Shown here: positions 15,324 through 25,389 of the stretch, one piece after another
Position numbering within the stretch: position 1 is the first letter of the stretch
Layout of the letters: every line of letters begins with the position of its first letter
Source: Paracoccaceae bacterium
GTDB taxonomy: Bacteria > Pseudomonadota > Alphaproteobacteria > Rhodobacterales > Rhodobacteraceae
Assembly: GCA_025458985.1 (NCBI GenBank)
Contig: JALORM010000001.1
Location: 1 to 42,821 of the forward strand
Direction: 5' to 3'
Length of the DNA stretch: 42,821 bases
Program-made: the position numbers and the translations under genes
Notes under the pieces: model-generated
Database searches by the model: none
What the model was told of the DNA's origin: nothing
Seen by the model: the letters and a program-made list of their open reading frames with translations, nothing else

Positions 15324-16466
15324 TCATATCCAGATGCGCACCTCGCCGCGGGCGCCGTCGCCGCCATCAGCCGAATTGCCGCCACCGCCGCCGCCACCCG
15401 GCGCCGACCCTGGCGAACCGGCGGAACTGCTGCCGCCATCCCCGCCATTTCCGCCGTGCAGGCTCAGTCCGCCCGCCCTCAAAAGCGCGGTGGCGCCACC
15501 GACGCCGCCGCCGCCGCCGCCATGCACAGCCCAGCCACCACCACGCGAAGCGCCGGCGCCGCCGCCGCCGCCACCACCACCGCAGACAGTTCTCGCGTCA
15601 GGTCTCGCGTCTGCGCTTGGATAGAGATGCGACCCGCCGCCCGGCGCACCGGCAAGGCCCTCTGTCGCGCCCGCGCCGCTTCCTCCAGCACCCAACTCGC
15701 CGCCGCCACCGCCGCCCGCCGAAGTGCCAAGCGTATTGCCGTTTCCACCACCACCACCCCCATAGGCGGTCAGCAGCGCGCCGAACGTCGTGTTGCCACC
15801 CGCCGTGCCGTTGCCATTGCTGCCCGTCCTTCCTGCGCCGCCCGCGCCGACAGTGACGGAAACCGAACCAGGAAGGTCGCCCAGCCGAAAGCGGCGCAGC
15901 GCGTAGCCGCCGCCGCCGCCGCCGCCGCCCAATCCATTGCGCCCGCCGCCTCCACCGCCACCCCACGCCTCGACCGTGACCATGGCGTCGGGATCAAGGC
16001 CTACCGGCTTGTTCCAGGTGCCGGACGATGTGAAGGCCTGGTAGTAGCGGGTTGCGCTACTGCCGCCACCAGACAGCAGCGGCGACAGGATATGGAAGGC
16101 GCCACCGATCACTTCCAGAACGGAAACCAGCCCCACGTCAAGCGACCCCGCGGTCAGCGCGTTGCCGGAACTGTCGACGACAGCCGCCGCCGCCTCGCCG
16201 TTGACCGAAAGCGTGACGGCTCCGGTATTTGCATCGGCCCAGGCGATCGTGAACTTCATGCGCTCGGCGATGCCGCCGACGGGAAGCTCCGGATCCACAG
16301 TTGCCGTGACCGCATCGCCGGTTCCACCGATGCCCGTCAGCGGCAGGACCGCGTTGTCCATAAGAACGTCGCGCAGGCGGGCGTACTCGTTCCCGAAGCC
16401 CTCGGTCGCGCCATCATCAGGCCATGGAACGCCGGTCGACGCACCGGAATAAACGCCGCGGTTCAT
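15324..16466 (-). CDS. glycine-rich fibre/tip protein
   Basis: Internal ATG at 16466. The C-terminal half consists of poly-Gly blocks separated by short motifs and ends RGEVRIWI. Confidence 0.7.
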   Translation of the reverse strand: MNRGVYSGASTGVPWPDDGATEGFGNEYARLRDVLMDNAVLPLTGIGGTGDAVTATVDPELPVGGIAERMKFTIAWADANTGAVTLSVNGEAAAAVVDSSGNALTAGSLDVGLVSVLEVIGGAFHILSPLLSGGGSSATRYYQAFTSSGTWNKPVGLDPDAMVTVEAWGGGGGGGRNGLGGGGGGGGYALRRFRLGDLPGSVSVTVGAGGAGRTGSNGNGTAGGNTTFGALLTAYGGGGGGNGNTLGTSAGGGGGGELGAGGSGAGATEGLAGAPGGGSHLYPSADARPDARTVCGGGGGGGGAGASRGGGWAVHGGGGGGVGGATALLRAGGLSLHGGNGGDGGSSSAGSPGSAPGGGGGGGNSADGGDGARGEVRIWI

Positions 16467-16488
16467 GCAAAACTCCCCATATTCAAGA

Positions 16489-19161
16489 TCAGGCCGCCCA
16501 AAGCTCCGGCGCCTCGTCGACCAGCGTGAGGCTCGCCTCGAAGTTGGGGCGGGCCTGCACGTCGAAAACAATCAGGCGCAAGTACTCGCGCCCAGACCGT
16601 CCGACGGCGACGAGCACACCCTCGATCATCCCTGCGGCCGCGACCGGGGCGGCGAAGACGAGGACGGAATGCTCGCCCGTCGCGTTGCTCAGGGCGTGCA
16701 CCGTGACTCCGCCGACCGTTCGCCGTACGGCGGCCGAGCTGCTGACGCCGAGAAGTGAAAGATCCGGCACCACCGACAGGTCGGCCACTTCGTCCATGTA
16801 GGGCTCGTTCGTGATCGGCACCGGGCCGTCCAGCGTGACCGAAACCACATCGCCGGAACCGTCGCGATCGAGGTCGATGATCCGGCCATATCCGGCGTGC
16901 TGCGTCAGCATGTCGTGCTGCACGCCGACGAGGTCGCCCTTTCGGCAGACCAGCGCTTCGGCCGGCGCATCGAGGCTGTAGAACGTGCCGCGATAGACGG
17001 GTTGAAGCTGGTCATAGACGGCCTTGGCGCGCACCTCCGCCTCGGTGACAAGCCCCTCGTAGGTGACTTGCTCGGTATCCTCGCTCAGCGCGTCCGATCC
17101 GGTCCTAGCGACGGTGATCTGGCGCGCCTCATAGTCGCGGGATGCGTCGCGAAAGGTCACGCGGAATGCGTCCGGCACGATCGGGAAGGCGCGTTTCCAG
17201 CCGAAGTTTGCCGAGTTCCTCGGCGTGAATATCTGCACCGGCGCCTCTGCGCTGCGATCATAGTCGCGTGCCACGCCCCAGACCTCCGACATCATGGGCC
17301 TGGCGTATCCGCATGAGGCTGCGATCTGCGCGGCGTCCGCGACGGTCTGGCCCTCGAACAGCGCGTTGACCTCATAGCCCGCCGTCGCGCAGGCCGTGCG
17401 CCAGGCCACCAGGCCGTCGTCATCGATCAGGCTGACCGGGATCGGCCGCAGGTTCTGCGCGCCGGTCCAGATGTCGCGCAGGTGCGGCGCCGGGTTCGAC
17501 GTCACCGCCCAGTCCGCCCAGGCCGCGCCGTCCCAGTCGCGGACATAGCCGCCAACAACCGCGCTCACACGGTCAAGCGCGCGATTCCGGGCCCGGACGG
17601 CGATCAGCGCCAGATCCCGCGACGGAGCCGGATGCCGGTTCCAAACGCTGACCGACCGCAGAAGGTAAAGCGTATCCGCGATGCCGTCCTTTGTGATCGG
17701 AATGCGCTGCGGCGTACCCTGATAGAAGAACAGGTCCCAGACCGTTCCGGAGATCGTGTAGGCGGACGCCGACCAGGCGGACGCCAGGAACGGCGCCCCC
17801 CGACGGATCTCGATCTCGTACCGGCCACGCGGGAAGGTTGCCGTGTCCAGGTAGATCGCCGCCGTGAAGCGATCAAGGATGACATGATCGACGCCGGTCG
17901 TGCCCAGGTTGCTTGCGGTCAGGAAAACGTCGCCCGAGCCTGTCGAGAAGTAAGCGTCCGCCTCCCAATCCGCCTGCGCAGGCGCATTCGTCTGTCCGGG
18001 CGCAAAGCGCCGCGCCTCGACCCAGCCTTCCGTCGTCGCGGCGCCGGGTGTCGTCGATGCATCGTCCGCCCATATCAGGCGAATGGTGGCGCGCAGCTGG
18101 CGCAGGTTGGCAGCCTGAAAGTGCAGCTCGGGAAGCTCCGTCCATGTCGACGATCCGACCGGGCGAAGCCGCAGCCGGATCGGCACGCGCACACGGTCTG
18201 TCTCGCTGGCATTCTTGTGCAGCCCCTGCGGGAAAGTCAGGTGCAGAAGCTGTTCATCCGGGCCCTCGCGGGTCGCGAGGATCTGCGCCTGCGGCAGCGC
18301 GCTTGTGATGTCTCCGGTGGTCGAGTCCAGCGTCCGGCCGTCGCTGTCGCTGACCGTGTGGCCGCGAAGCTCGCTCTGCAGCGGCTCCGTCCGCCCGAAC
18401 CGGCTGACGATCGTCAGCAAGTCGCTACCCGGCCACCCCTCGCGCGTCTCGACCTCCACGTCGGTCATGTCGTCGGCCTTCGCCGCCCCGATCCGGACGT
18501 CGCTGATCATGTGCGGCCCGCTCAGGGCGTAGACCGCCTCGACAACCTCGTCCGGGCCATCGAAGTACGTCAGAGGCTCGGCCAGCAGCGGCGGGAACAC
18601 CTTTCGCACTCCGGCCACGCGCGGAATCGCCGCGTTCGGCTCAAGAAGGTTACCCTCGGCGCTCGCCGCACCTAGGTTCGTGATCCGCTTCGCGTCCGCG
18701 CCTCGTTGAAGCGCCGGCGGCGGGATCAGCGCCGAAACCAGCAAAGACCCGGCCAGGCCGACGCCAGCGGCAAGGACGGTCGCCCCAAGCGTACCGGCAG
18801 CGAACTTCGGGCCCAGCAGACCGGCAAGGCCACCGCCCGCCACGAAGCCTGAGGCCACGGTCAGCGCGATCGAGGCCACCAGCGCAAGGACCGACTTGCC
18901 GCCGTCCTCGCCGCCGCCCCTTGGCGCGCAGTGAAAGGTCACCTCCACCGGAATGCCGTTTGCCTGCGGCTTCGGCTTGATCAGGGACCAGGCTCGCCTT
19001 TCGACCTGCCTGCCGTTGATGCAGATCACGCCGCGCGCCGCGAAGTCAGGTGGCAAGGCCCTGACACGGGCAGCCATCTGCGCCAGCGTTTCACCCTCAG
19101 GCAGTCGGAACACCCGCGGGGCGAACCCGAACGGCTCCCGGTAGACCGCAAGGACGCTCAT
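16489..19161 (-). CDS. host-specificity / tail tip protein (lambda J-like)
   Basis: Internal ATG at 19161 (ATGA overlap). The 890-aa protein follows the K-like peptidase and has an N-terminal hydrophobic Gly/Ala segment typical of TipJ-type proteins. Confidence 0.8.
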   Translation of the reverse strand: MSVLAVYREPFGFAPRVFRLPEGETLAQMAARVRALPPDFAARGVICINGRQVERRAWSLIKPKPQANGIPVEVTFHCAPRGGGEDGGKSVLALVASIALTVASGFVAGGGLAGLLGPKFAAGTLGATVLAAGVGLAGSLLVSALIPPPALQRGADAKRITNLGAASAEGNLLEPNAAIPRVAGVRKVFPPLLAEPLTYFDGPDEVVEAVYALSGPHMISDVRIGAAKADDMTDVEVETREGWPGSDLLTIVSRFGRTEPLQSELRGHTVSDSDGRTLDSTTGDITSALPQAQILATREGPDEQLLHLTFPQGLHKNASETDRVRVPIRLRLRPVGSSTWTELPELHFQAANLRQLRATIRLIWADDASTTPGAATTEGWVEARRFAPGQTNAPAQADWEADAYFSTGSGDVFLTASNLGTTGVDHVILDRFTAAIYLDTATFPRGRYEIEIRRGAPFLASAWSASAYTISGTVWDLFFYQGTPQRIPITKDGIADTLYLLRSVSVWNRHPAPSRDLALIAVRARNRALDRVSAVVGGYVRDWDGAAWADWAVTSNPAPHLRDIWTGAQNLRPIPVSLIDDDGLVAWRTACATAGYEVNALFEGQTVADAAQIAASCGYARPMMSEVWGVARDYDRSAEAPVQIFTPRNSANFGWKRAFPIVPDAFRVTFRDASRDYEARQITVARTGSDALSEDTEQVTYEGLVTEAEVRAKAVYDQLQPVYRGTFYSLDAPAEALVCRKGDLVGVQHDMLTQHAGYGRIIDLDRDGSGDVVSVTLDGPVPITNEPYMDEVADLSVVPDLSLLGVSSSAAVRRTVGGVTVHALSNATGEHSVLVFAAPVAAAGMIEGVLVAVGRSGREYLRLIVFDVQARPNFEASLTLVDEAPELWAA

Positions 19162-19565
19162 GCGACATACCTCCGGAAGCCTGCGACGCGCCCCCTGACG
19201 TAGGTGTGCGCCACAGGAACGATCAGCGCGTCCGTCTTGGGCTCGACGTGCAGAAGCCGGCGCGGATCGATCATGACGCCGACATGAACCACAGATCGCC
19301 CGCCACGGCCGTCGCGCATCAGCACGACATCGAACGTCGCCGGAACCGTGACGGCCCGCCAGCAATCTTCGGCACTTCCATCGCGCATGGTCCGCGCGAT
19401 GCGAAGCAGATCCGAAGCGCCGATCTCGCCATAGGACGGCAGCGCTATGCCGATTTCCTGGGCGTAGACAAGCCGGACAAGACCCCAGCAGTCGGCACCA
19501 AGACGGTCACGACCGCCGTCCAGGAACGGGATGCCGACATAGGGCGCCCACCAAGCCGTTGTCAC
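19158..19565 (-). CDS. NlpC/P60-family tail protein (lambda K-like)
   Basis: A catalytic-Cys-type motif (GADCWGLVRLVY) and a downstream HVGVM His motif are present. Confidence 0.8.
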   Translation of the reverse strand: MTTAWWAPYVGIPFLDGGRDRLGADCWGLVRLVYAQEIGIALPSYGEIGASDLLRIARTMRDGSAEDCWRAVTVPATFDVVLMRDGRGGRSVVHVGVMIDPRRLLHVEPKTDALIVPVAHTYVRGRVAGFRRYVA

Positions 19566-20068
19566 GCGAACAGCCCCGGCGCTCGCGCCTCAGTGGCGGC
19601 AAAGCCGTAGATCTCTTGCGCGAGATCCCGCAGGAAGATGCGGCCGACAAGCTGCGTTGCGTCAGCATCGACGTCCACAAGCTCGAAATGCGCATAGCCA
19701 TAGATGACCGCAGCCGTCCCGACCTCGACTCGCGGATTGACCGACAGGTCGAAATCGGCACTGGACAGAAGGCTCAGCGCCAGCTGGGCGCGATCCGGCA
19801 TCGTGCGCAACGCCTCGCCGATGCGGCGGTCCGTGTTCTGCACCCTGACCCGGGCCTCAGGCGGCGCGTCGCCGTCTGTCAGCAGGTCGATCTCGAACGG
19901 AAGGCCCAGCCACGTATGACCGCGCCACACGTAGTCGAAGACATCGCTCACCACGCGGATCGGGCGGGTCAGCCCCGAATGCGTGATTTCGAGAAACGGC
20001 AACTGCGCGTGCGGGTTGGCCTCGGCCTCAAGCTCCGCGCGGCGGGCGACGGCACCGGCGCGACTCAT
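19562..20068 (-). CDS. minor tail protein (lambda L-like / DUF1833-like)
   Basis: Internal ATG at 20068 (ATGA overlap). The LPFLEITHSGLTRPIRVVSD pattern is present. It lies between the distal tail protein and the K-like gene. Confidence 0.6.
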   Translation of the reverse strand: MSRAGAVARRAELEAEANPHAQLPFLEITHSGLTRPIRVVSDVFDYVWRGHTWLGLPFEIDLLTDGDAPPEARVRVQNTDRRIGEALRTMPDRAQLALSLLSSADFDLSVNPRVEVGTAAVIYGYAHFELVDVDADATQLVGRIFLRDLAQEIYGFAATEARAPGLFA

Positions 20069-20691
20069 TCCGGCACGAACCCGACAATCTTGGTGACCGT
20101 TCCTGGCGCAGTCGCCGGAATGTCGCCTGCCGCGACGACATGGGCGAGCTCTGCAGTGGTCGCGCCATCGGTGGTGAACAGGTCGAACGTGCCTGCGACC
20201 AGCGCAACAGCCGCAGCGGCGGTACGCTGTCCGGCCACCCCGTAGACCCCGCCCTGGTAGTCGGCAACGACATAGGGCGCCCGGTTGTCCCCGGCGAGGC
20301 CATAGGGCGCCCACCATGGCACGCCGGGAAGCCGCAGAAGTGTCAGCGAAAGATCGTGCAGGGCCGCACCCTTGGACGTCATGCTATAGGGCGTGTCGCC
20401 ATCCCCACGAATGCGCCAGAGGGCCAGATCGCCATCGATGGGATCCCGCCACGCGAAGGCCAGCGTGCCGCCCGCCAGATCCTCATCGAAGAATCCGTCG
20501 AAGAGGGTACGCTGGACATTCGACAGGTTCTGAAAGACCGCCTGGTAAATTCTTGGCGTCCCGGTGATCCGGCGCCGCGTCATGTCTGGGCCGACTTCCG
20601 GCCGGAACGTCGCGCGCACTTCTTGCGGGCCGCCAGTCCACGACTGGCGGCGGGGCGCCTGCCTCATCGCGGTCGGCCAGTGCGGAATCAT
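20065..20691 (-). CDS. minor/distal tail protein
   Basis: It lies immediately after the tape measure gene, with ATGA overlaps on both sides. Confidence 0.55.
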   Translation of the reverse strand: MIPHWPTAMRQAPRRQSWTGGPQEVRATFRPEVGPDMTRRRITGTPRIYQAVFQNLSNVQRTLFDGFFDEDLAGGTLAFAWRDPIDGDLALWRIRGDGDTPYSMTSKGAALHDLSLTLLRLPGVPWWAPYGLAGDNRAPYVVADYQGGVYGVAGQRTAAAAVALVAGTFDLFTTDGATTAELAHVVAAGDIPATAPGTVTKIVGFVPE

Positions 20692-22679
20692 CGCGCCACC
20701 GCCTGCGGCCTCAGGCCGTACCGGCTCCGCTGCGCCCGATCGAATTGGCCACGCGCCATCTGTTCACCAACGATCACCTGCACCAGATCCTCGCCATTCG
20801 GACCCCGCTGGCGCTCCTCGCGCACAGGGGCCCCGGTGTAGTTGTTGATCTGCACCACGGTGCCGCCAGACCCCTGCGAGGCCACGCCAAGGCGCCCGCC
20901 GATGCGCGTCAGAGGAAGGATCGCCTCCGGGCCGGCCTCACCCATGAGGCCGGTGCCCCCCCGCATCGGGAACAGGGTGGGGCCGGTCACGACGCCGCCC
21001 ATGGCGAAGGGAACGATCCGGCCGCCATCGAAGGCATTCCCCATCGCGCTACCGATCAGCGGAATCGATCCGCCGGCGCCGAAGACCCGCGGGAACAGCC
21101 CGGCAAGGGCCTGAAACGCGTAGCTCTGCAGCGCCATGGTGGCCAGTTCCTGGGCAAGGTTCTTGACCACGTCGATCGCCTTGCCGCCGCCATCGAAGAT
21201 TGCCCCGAAGACGTCACCCAATGCGCCCTTGACCGTGCTTCCGACATCGCGCAGCAGGCTGCCTTGATCGGCGTACTCGTCGCCAAGCTTGGCCAGCGCG
21301 CGGTTGTAGGTGTCCGCATCCAGCGCGCCCGCGCGACGCAGCTCGCCAAGCCGCTCCTCCTCGATCGCCAGCTTCTCGGCCTCGGTCCGCGTATCGCGGT
21401 AGATGCGCTCGGCCTCCCGCATCATCTCGGCCATCGGGTCGCGGCCTCCGCCGGCGCCCCCGCCGCCCCCGCCGCCGCGGCGGCCGGTCCGGATGGGCGG
21501 TGCGGCCAGCAGCGACCCGAAGACGCGCGGCGCGAACACGCCCCCACCGAACTGCTGGCTGCGCACCGAATCCGGACCCGAGCTTTGCCCGGTACGGGCG
21601 AGCTCGGCGTTGTAAGCCCCGCCCGCGGCCGCCAGGTTCGACGCCAACCGCGCGGCCTCGTTTGCCGCCGTGCCGATCGGCGACGCGATGTCGGTCGCTG
21701 CGATGTTCGCCGCTTCAATCACCGCCTTGTTGAGGTTCGAGGCAAGGCCGTCCGTCGCCGCGTCGGCTTCTTCGATCGACCCGTAGGCTTCCAGAAGAAG
21801 GTCCCTGAGTTCGGTCGCCGCCGCGACCTGTTCGGCGGCCGTTCCGCTCGTCGCCTCTCGCACCCCCGCAATCGCGACGGCCAGAGCCTGCGACTGCTCT
21901 GCAGTGACGCCGTATTCCAACGAAACGTTTTGCAGGCCTTCCCGAATGTCCACGAGCGTTCGCAGTTGCGCGCGCAGCTGGCGTTCCTCATTGGCGAGCG
22001 CAATCTGCCTTTCTCGATCCCCTTGTGCCGAAGCGGCCGCATACTCAGCTTCGGCCTCTCGCAGTCGCTGCAGGATCCGCTCGCGCTCCGCCAGCTGTGA
22101 CGACAGCTGTGCCGAAGAAAACTCGTCCGTCGCAAAGCCGGTGGAGAGATTGTCGAGCGTATCCGTCACCGCGCGGAGTGCACGCGCCCGGGCGAGCTCT
22201 GCCTCGGCAACCTGCGCTGCGCGGACCTCGTCGGCCAGATCGCCGTATTTCTTGATCAGCTCGTCGATCGGCGACACGGCAAGCGCGGCCGCGCGGGAAT
22301 AGGCCTCCGTCGCCTCTCCCAAACTGTCGATCTGTTCCTTGGCACGTTCCGCCGCATCCTCGGTCTCGAAGAGACGGCCGGCCAGCGGTACCAGGACTGC
22401 GACGGCGGCGCCCACCACCGCGCCAAGCACGCCGAAGCCGCCCAGAAGCTGCGGCAGCTGCTGCGCAAGGGCTCGGGTGGCCGACGTGCCGCCGGCGACC
22501 TGCACCGCGAAGTCGCCGACCTGAAACGCAGCGTTCTGGATCTGCGGCGCCATGTTCCGCGCCGCCGTGCCGACCTGATTGAAGGCAGCAGGGCCCTGCC
22601 GGCCAAGGTCGGCGAACATCGCCTTGACCTGCCGGTCGCCCTCGGCCACCAGGCGGACGGAAACGCGCTTTTCAGTCAT
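20688..22679 (-). CDS. tail tape measure protein
   Basis: A 663-aa Ala/Gln/Glu-rich helical protein with hydrophobic Gly-rich segments, downstream of the chaperone pair. Confidence 0.85.
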   Translation of the reverse strand: MTEKRVSVRLVAEGDRQVKAMFADLGRQGPAAFNQVGTAARNMAPQIQNAAFQVGDFAVQVAGGTSATRALAQQLPQLLGGFGVLGAVVGAAVAVLVPLAGRLFETEDAAERAKEQIDSLGEATEAYSRAAALAVSPIDELIKKYGDLADEVRAAQVAEAELARARALRAVTDTLDNLSTGFATDEFSSAQLSSQLAERERILQRLREAEAEYAAASAQGDRERQIALANEERQLRAQLRTLVDIREGLQNVSLEYGVTAEQSQALAVAIAGVREATSGTAAEQVAAATELRDLLLEAYGSIEEADAATDGLASNLNKAVIEAANIAATDIASPIGTAANEAARLASNLAAAGGAYNAELARTGQSSGPDSVRSQQFGGGVFAPRVFGSLLAAPPIRTGRRGGGGGGGAGGGRDPMAEMMREAERIYRDTRTEAEKLAIEEERLGELRRAGALDADTYNRALAKLGDEYADQGSLLRDVGSTVKGALGDVFGAIFDGGGKAIDVVKNLAQELATMALQSYAFQALAGLFPRVFGAGGSIPLIGSAMGNAFDGGRIVPFAMGGVVTGPTLFPMRGGTGLMGEAGPEAILPLTRIGGRLGVASQGSGGTVVQINNYTGAPVREERQRGPNGEDLVQVIVGEQMARGQFDRAQRSRYGLRPQAVAR

Positions 22680-23366
22680 GCCGATCCGCCTCCTGTTGCT
22701 CGCGCAACTTGCTCACCATTGCCGCCTCGGCCGGCGGCAGGAACTCCGCCAGAACCCGCCCGTCGATCCCCATTGCCCGGCCCAAGGCCAGCGCGGCGGT
22801 CATGTCCCAGCCGATGACGTTGCCCATCGGACCCACACGCACCTGACCGTTTAGACTTTCGATCAGCGCCCAGACAGCCGCGCCTTCGCGGCTTTGCGGG
22901 GCATTTTCGACGTAGGGGCACGCCGCACAGGCTCCTTCGCAGCCCGCGCAGTAGCTCCGCCCGCCCCCGCCGAAGTGCCACTCGGCAAGGGCGACGATCC
23001 GTTTTTTTCCTGCACCACCTGCTGCCAGGCGAAGAGAACTTTCTCGTTAAAGGCCTCGAAGAAGCTCCGATGCAGGTCGAACAGCGCTGCGACCGCCTCT
23101 GGCGTCGGTGTCACGGCTGCCCCGTCCTCGCCCTCAACACCGCGCCAGTCGACGATCAGGCGCGAGGCAATGGCCCGGTTGAGTTCGAACAAGACCAGCA
23201 TGGCGTCCGGCGGCTCTGCGCGGCCGCCGTCCGCAGCCAGCGCCGCAAAGCGCGCGTCCGACCGCGCCGACAGCAGTACGGCCGTCGTCATCGGCTCGCA
23301 CAGCACCTCGACGCCATGGCCAAGGTCGTGCCACTCGGCCTCGCGGCCGATCTTCAGGCGGATCAT
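22672..23366 (-). CDS. tail assembly chaperone -1 frameshift product (lambda GT analogue)
   Basis: From the slippery A_AAA_AAC (23007..23001), the -1 frame is open for 110 codons down to the TGA at 22674..22672, which overlaps the tape measure start. I translated this frame by hand and found no stop. Confidence 0.55.
22863..23366 (-). CDS. tail assembly chaperone (lambda G analogue, zero-frame product)
   Basis: Internal ATG at 23366 (ATGA overlap with the tube gene). It lies between the tail tube and tape measure genes. Confidence 0.7.
   Translation of the reverse strand: MIRLKIGREAEWHDLGHGVEVLCEPMTTAVLLSARSDARFAALAADGGRAEPPDAMLVLFELNRAIASRLIVDWRGVEGEDGAAVTPTPEAVAALFDLHRSFFEAFNEKVLFAWQQVVQEKNGSSPLPSGTSAGAGGATARAAKEPVRRAPTSKMPRKAAKARLSGR
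23001..23007 (-). promoter_or_regulatory. candidate -1 programmed ribosomal frameshift heptamer A_AAA_AAC
   Basis: The zero-frame codons are GAA AAA AAC. On the plus strand this shows as a run of seven T at 23002..23008. Confidence 0.55.
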
Positions 23367-24307
23367 GCGTAGCTCGCGACGTCGTTGGTCAGGACGGCCG
23401 TGCACATGCGCGCCGGGCTCGTGTGCTTTGCCGCCTGCCAGGCGAACGTCGCGCGGATGCCGCCTGGCCCCTCGATCGGAATACGCGGCGTTGGAAGATA
23501 GACCGCATGGGCGGTGAAGACGAACTCCTCCCCGCCGGCAAGCGCATGGGTGAACACCAGTTCGCAAGGCTCGCCGTCGATGGCCTGATCGAGAAGCGTG
23601 GTGTTGGCGAACCGGACGGTGATTTCTCCGCTCAGCGCCGCCACGGTGGGATCCGCGCCGTCGATCCGGCCGTCCGACCGGATCGTCTCGATCCGGTCGA
23701 GGTTGTTGGAATAGGTGATGCTGGCCGACTCGACATTGCCAAGCGCCGACCCGTCGCGCGCGATCGACCCGTTGAAATGGCCGAAGCGAACCAGGTTGTA
23801 GGCGGAGGCAAGCGTCCCGCTCTGGGCGCTCGCGGATTTGGTTCTGCCTTGGGCCACCAGTCCGACCGTCATGGTCAGCAGGCCCGCCCGCTGCATCGTC
23901 CAGCTCAGCGTGTCGACGACACAGCCCGTGAACATCTCCGACATGGGAACGCCGGGCAGCCATTTCTCGATCGACAGGCTGGGCAGCGTTGCCGCGCCAG
24001 ACCGGAACTCGTGGTCATAGGGGCCGGCGCCGGTCGTGACGGGCGCACCGAACGCGCCCCGCAGCCAGACGCCAAGGTTCTCGGCATCGACCGGCACGAT
24101 CACGTTGCCGTCGGCGGTGATGGCATCGCGCGTCGGCGCGACCGGGTCGCGGCCGTTGCCAAGAAGATCGTTCGCCAGAAGCGGTTGCTCCTGCCCGAGC
24201 GTCGTCGACGCAAAGGGCATGGACCGGAACCCGCTGGCGGGCGCAGTTCCGTAGGTGGACTCGAACGCCACGGCCAGCCGGGCGTTGGCGCCTTGTTCGC
24301 GGGCCAT
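23363..24307 (-). CDS. major tail tube protein
   Basis: A 314-aa protein directly upstream of the chaperones and downstream of the neck genes. Confidence 0.65.
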   Translation of the reverse strand: MAREQGANARLAVAFESTYGTAPASGFRSMPFASTTLGQEQPLLANDLLGNGRDPVAPTRDAITADGNVIVPVDAENLGVWLRGAFGAPVTTGAGPYDHEFRSGAATLPSLSIEKWLPGVPMSEMFTGCVVDTLSWTMQRAGLLTMTVGLVAQGRTKSASAQSGTLASAYNLVRFGHFNGSIARDGSALGNVESASITYSNNLDRIETIRSDGRIDGADPTVAALSGEITVRFANTTLLDQAIDGEPCELVFTHALAGGEEFVFTAHAVYLPTPRIPIEGPGGIRATFAWQAAKHTSPARMCTAVLTNDVASYA

Positions 24308-24322
24308 CGCAAGATCCTTTCG

Positions 24323-24751
24323 TCAGGTAAGCGGGTTTGAAGTCTCGTAGGTCAGAAGGACGCCGATGGTGGCGGCCTTGATCTCTTCGCCACCATCGAC
24401 CGGCAGCTCGACGGGCGCTGGCGCCTCGGGCTCGACCCAGTCGCACAGGCCACCAAGCGTGCGGTCCGCCGCCAGCGCCGTCCCGATCGCCACTTTCAGG
24501 GCGTCGAACAGCTCGTCACGGCAAGAACCCTCGACGACAATGTCGACCTCGGCGCGATGCTCGTAGATGTAGGTCAGCGGCGACAGCAGAAACTCCGGCT
24601 CTCCGGGGTCACCATCGCGCAGGATCACCAGGCCGCCGCGTGGCAGCACGGCCGGAAGCACTCCGTTTCGCTCGTAGTCAGCGCCGGCGGGAAGCCCGGC
24701 CGCAATCGCCGCCCCAAGCGCGGCCAGGACGGATTCCGATTTGCTTGGCAT
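24323..24751 (-). CDS. tail terminator / tail completion protein
   Basis: Assigned by position and size between the neck genes and the tube gene. Confidence 0.5.
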   Translation of the reverse strand: MPSKSESVLAALGAAIAAGLPAGADYERNGVLPAVLPRGGLVILRDGDPGEPEFLLSPLTYIYEHRAEVDIVVEGSCRDELFDALKVAIGTALAADRTLGGLCDWVEPEAPAPVELPVDGGEEIKAATIGVLLTYETSNPLT

Positions 24752-24753
24752 TG

Positions 24754-25389
24754 CTATCCCTCGTCGCGCCAGCCGGCCACGATCAGGCCGGAAATTCCTG
24801 CCGCGCCGCGCGCGGTTGCAGCGTCCAGCGAAAGCTTCTTGGGTAAGCGCACCTGCCGCACCAGCACGAAGATCGGCACGGTTCGGTTGCGGAACGCGCG
24901 CGGCGCGCGGGGCCCGAACTGTCCGCGGCGCAGGCTGCCACCCTCGATCCGCCGGTTGCCATCGTCCACAAGCAGCGCGCTGCGCCCCTTGCGATAGACG
25001 AAGCGCAGGCGGCGGCCCGTCCTATTCTCCCATTGGCCAGGCGTGATCCGCCCGCGCCCTCCCCGGCCGGCCGCAGCGGTCGGTATGGCAAGCCAGAACC
25101 CGTTGCTGGACCGGATCAGCGCTCCCCTGTCGAATGCGCCGATGATCTTCGGCGCCTTGGTCCAGATCAGGGCGGCGGCTTTCATCGATGGCTCGCCGGC
25201 GGGATAGACACGCTGCCGCACGCTATTGGCAAGCCGCGCGCCAAGTCCAGCGCCACGGACCTGATCCCTCCAGGCCCGTTGCACAGCCCGGCCAGCGGAA
25301 GTCATGGCTCGGGTGACCGCGATCTCGCCGCGCAGCGTCTCCGCGGCCATGTCTGCCTTCAGGTTCTCCCGCACCTCAAGTCGAAACAT
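24754..25389 (-). CDS. neck protein (HK97 gp10-like)
   Basis: Internal ATG at 25389 (TGATG junction). Assigned by position. Confidence 0.5.
   Translation of the reverse strand: MFRLEVRENLKADMAAETLRGEIAVTRAMTSAGRAVQRAWRDQVRGAGLGARLANSVRQRVYPAGEPSMKAAALIWTKAPKIIGAFDRGALIRSSNGFWLAIPTAAAGRGGRGRITPGQWENRTGRRLRFVYRKGRSALLVDDGNRRIEGGSLRRGQFGPRAPRAFRNRTVPIFVLVRQVRLPKKLSLDAATARGAAGISGLIVAGWRDEG

Noticed and set aside
22676-22981. The 101-aa ORF listed between the chaperone and the tape measure gene.
   Set aside because: Its translation is Arg/Gly-rich. The third frame (ending at 22672) gives a protein-like sequence contiguous with the slippery heptamer, so the frameshift model explains the region better.
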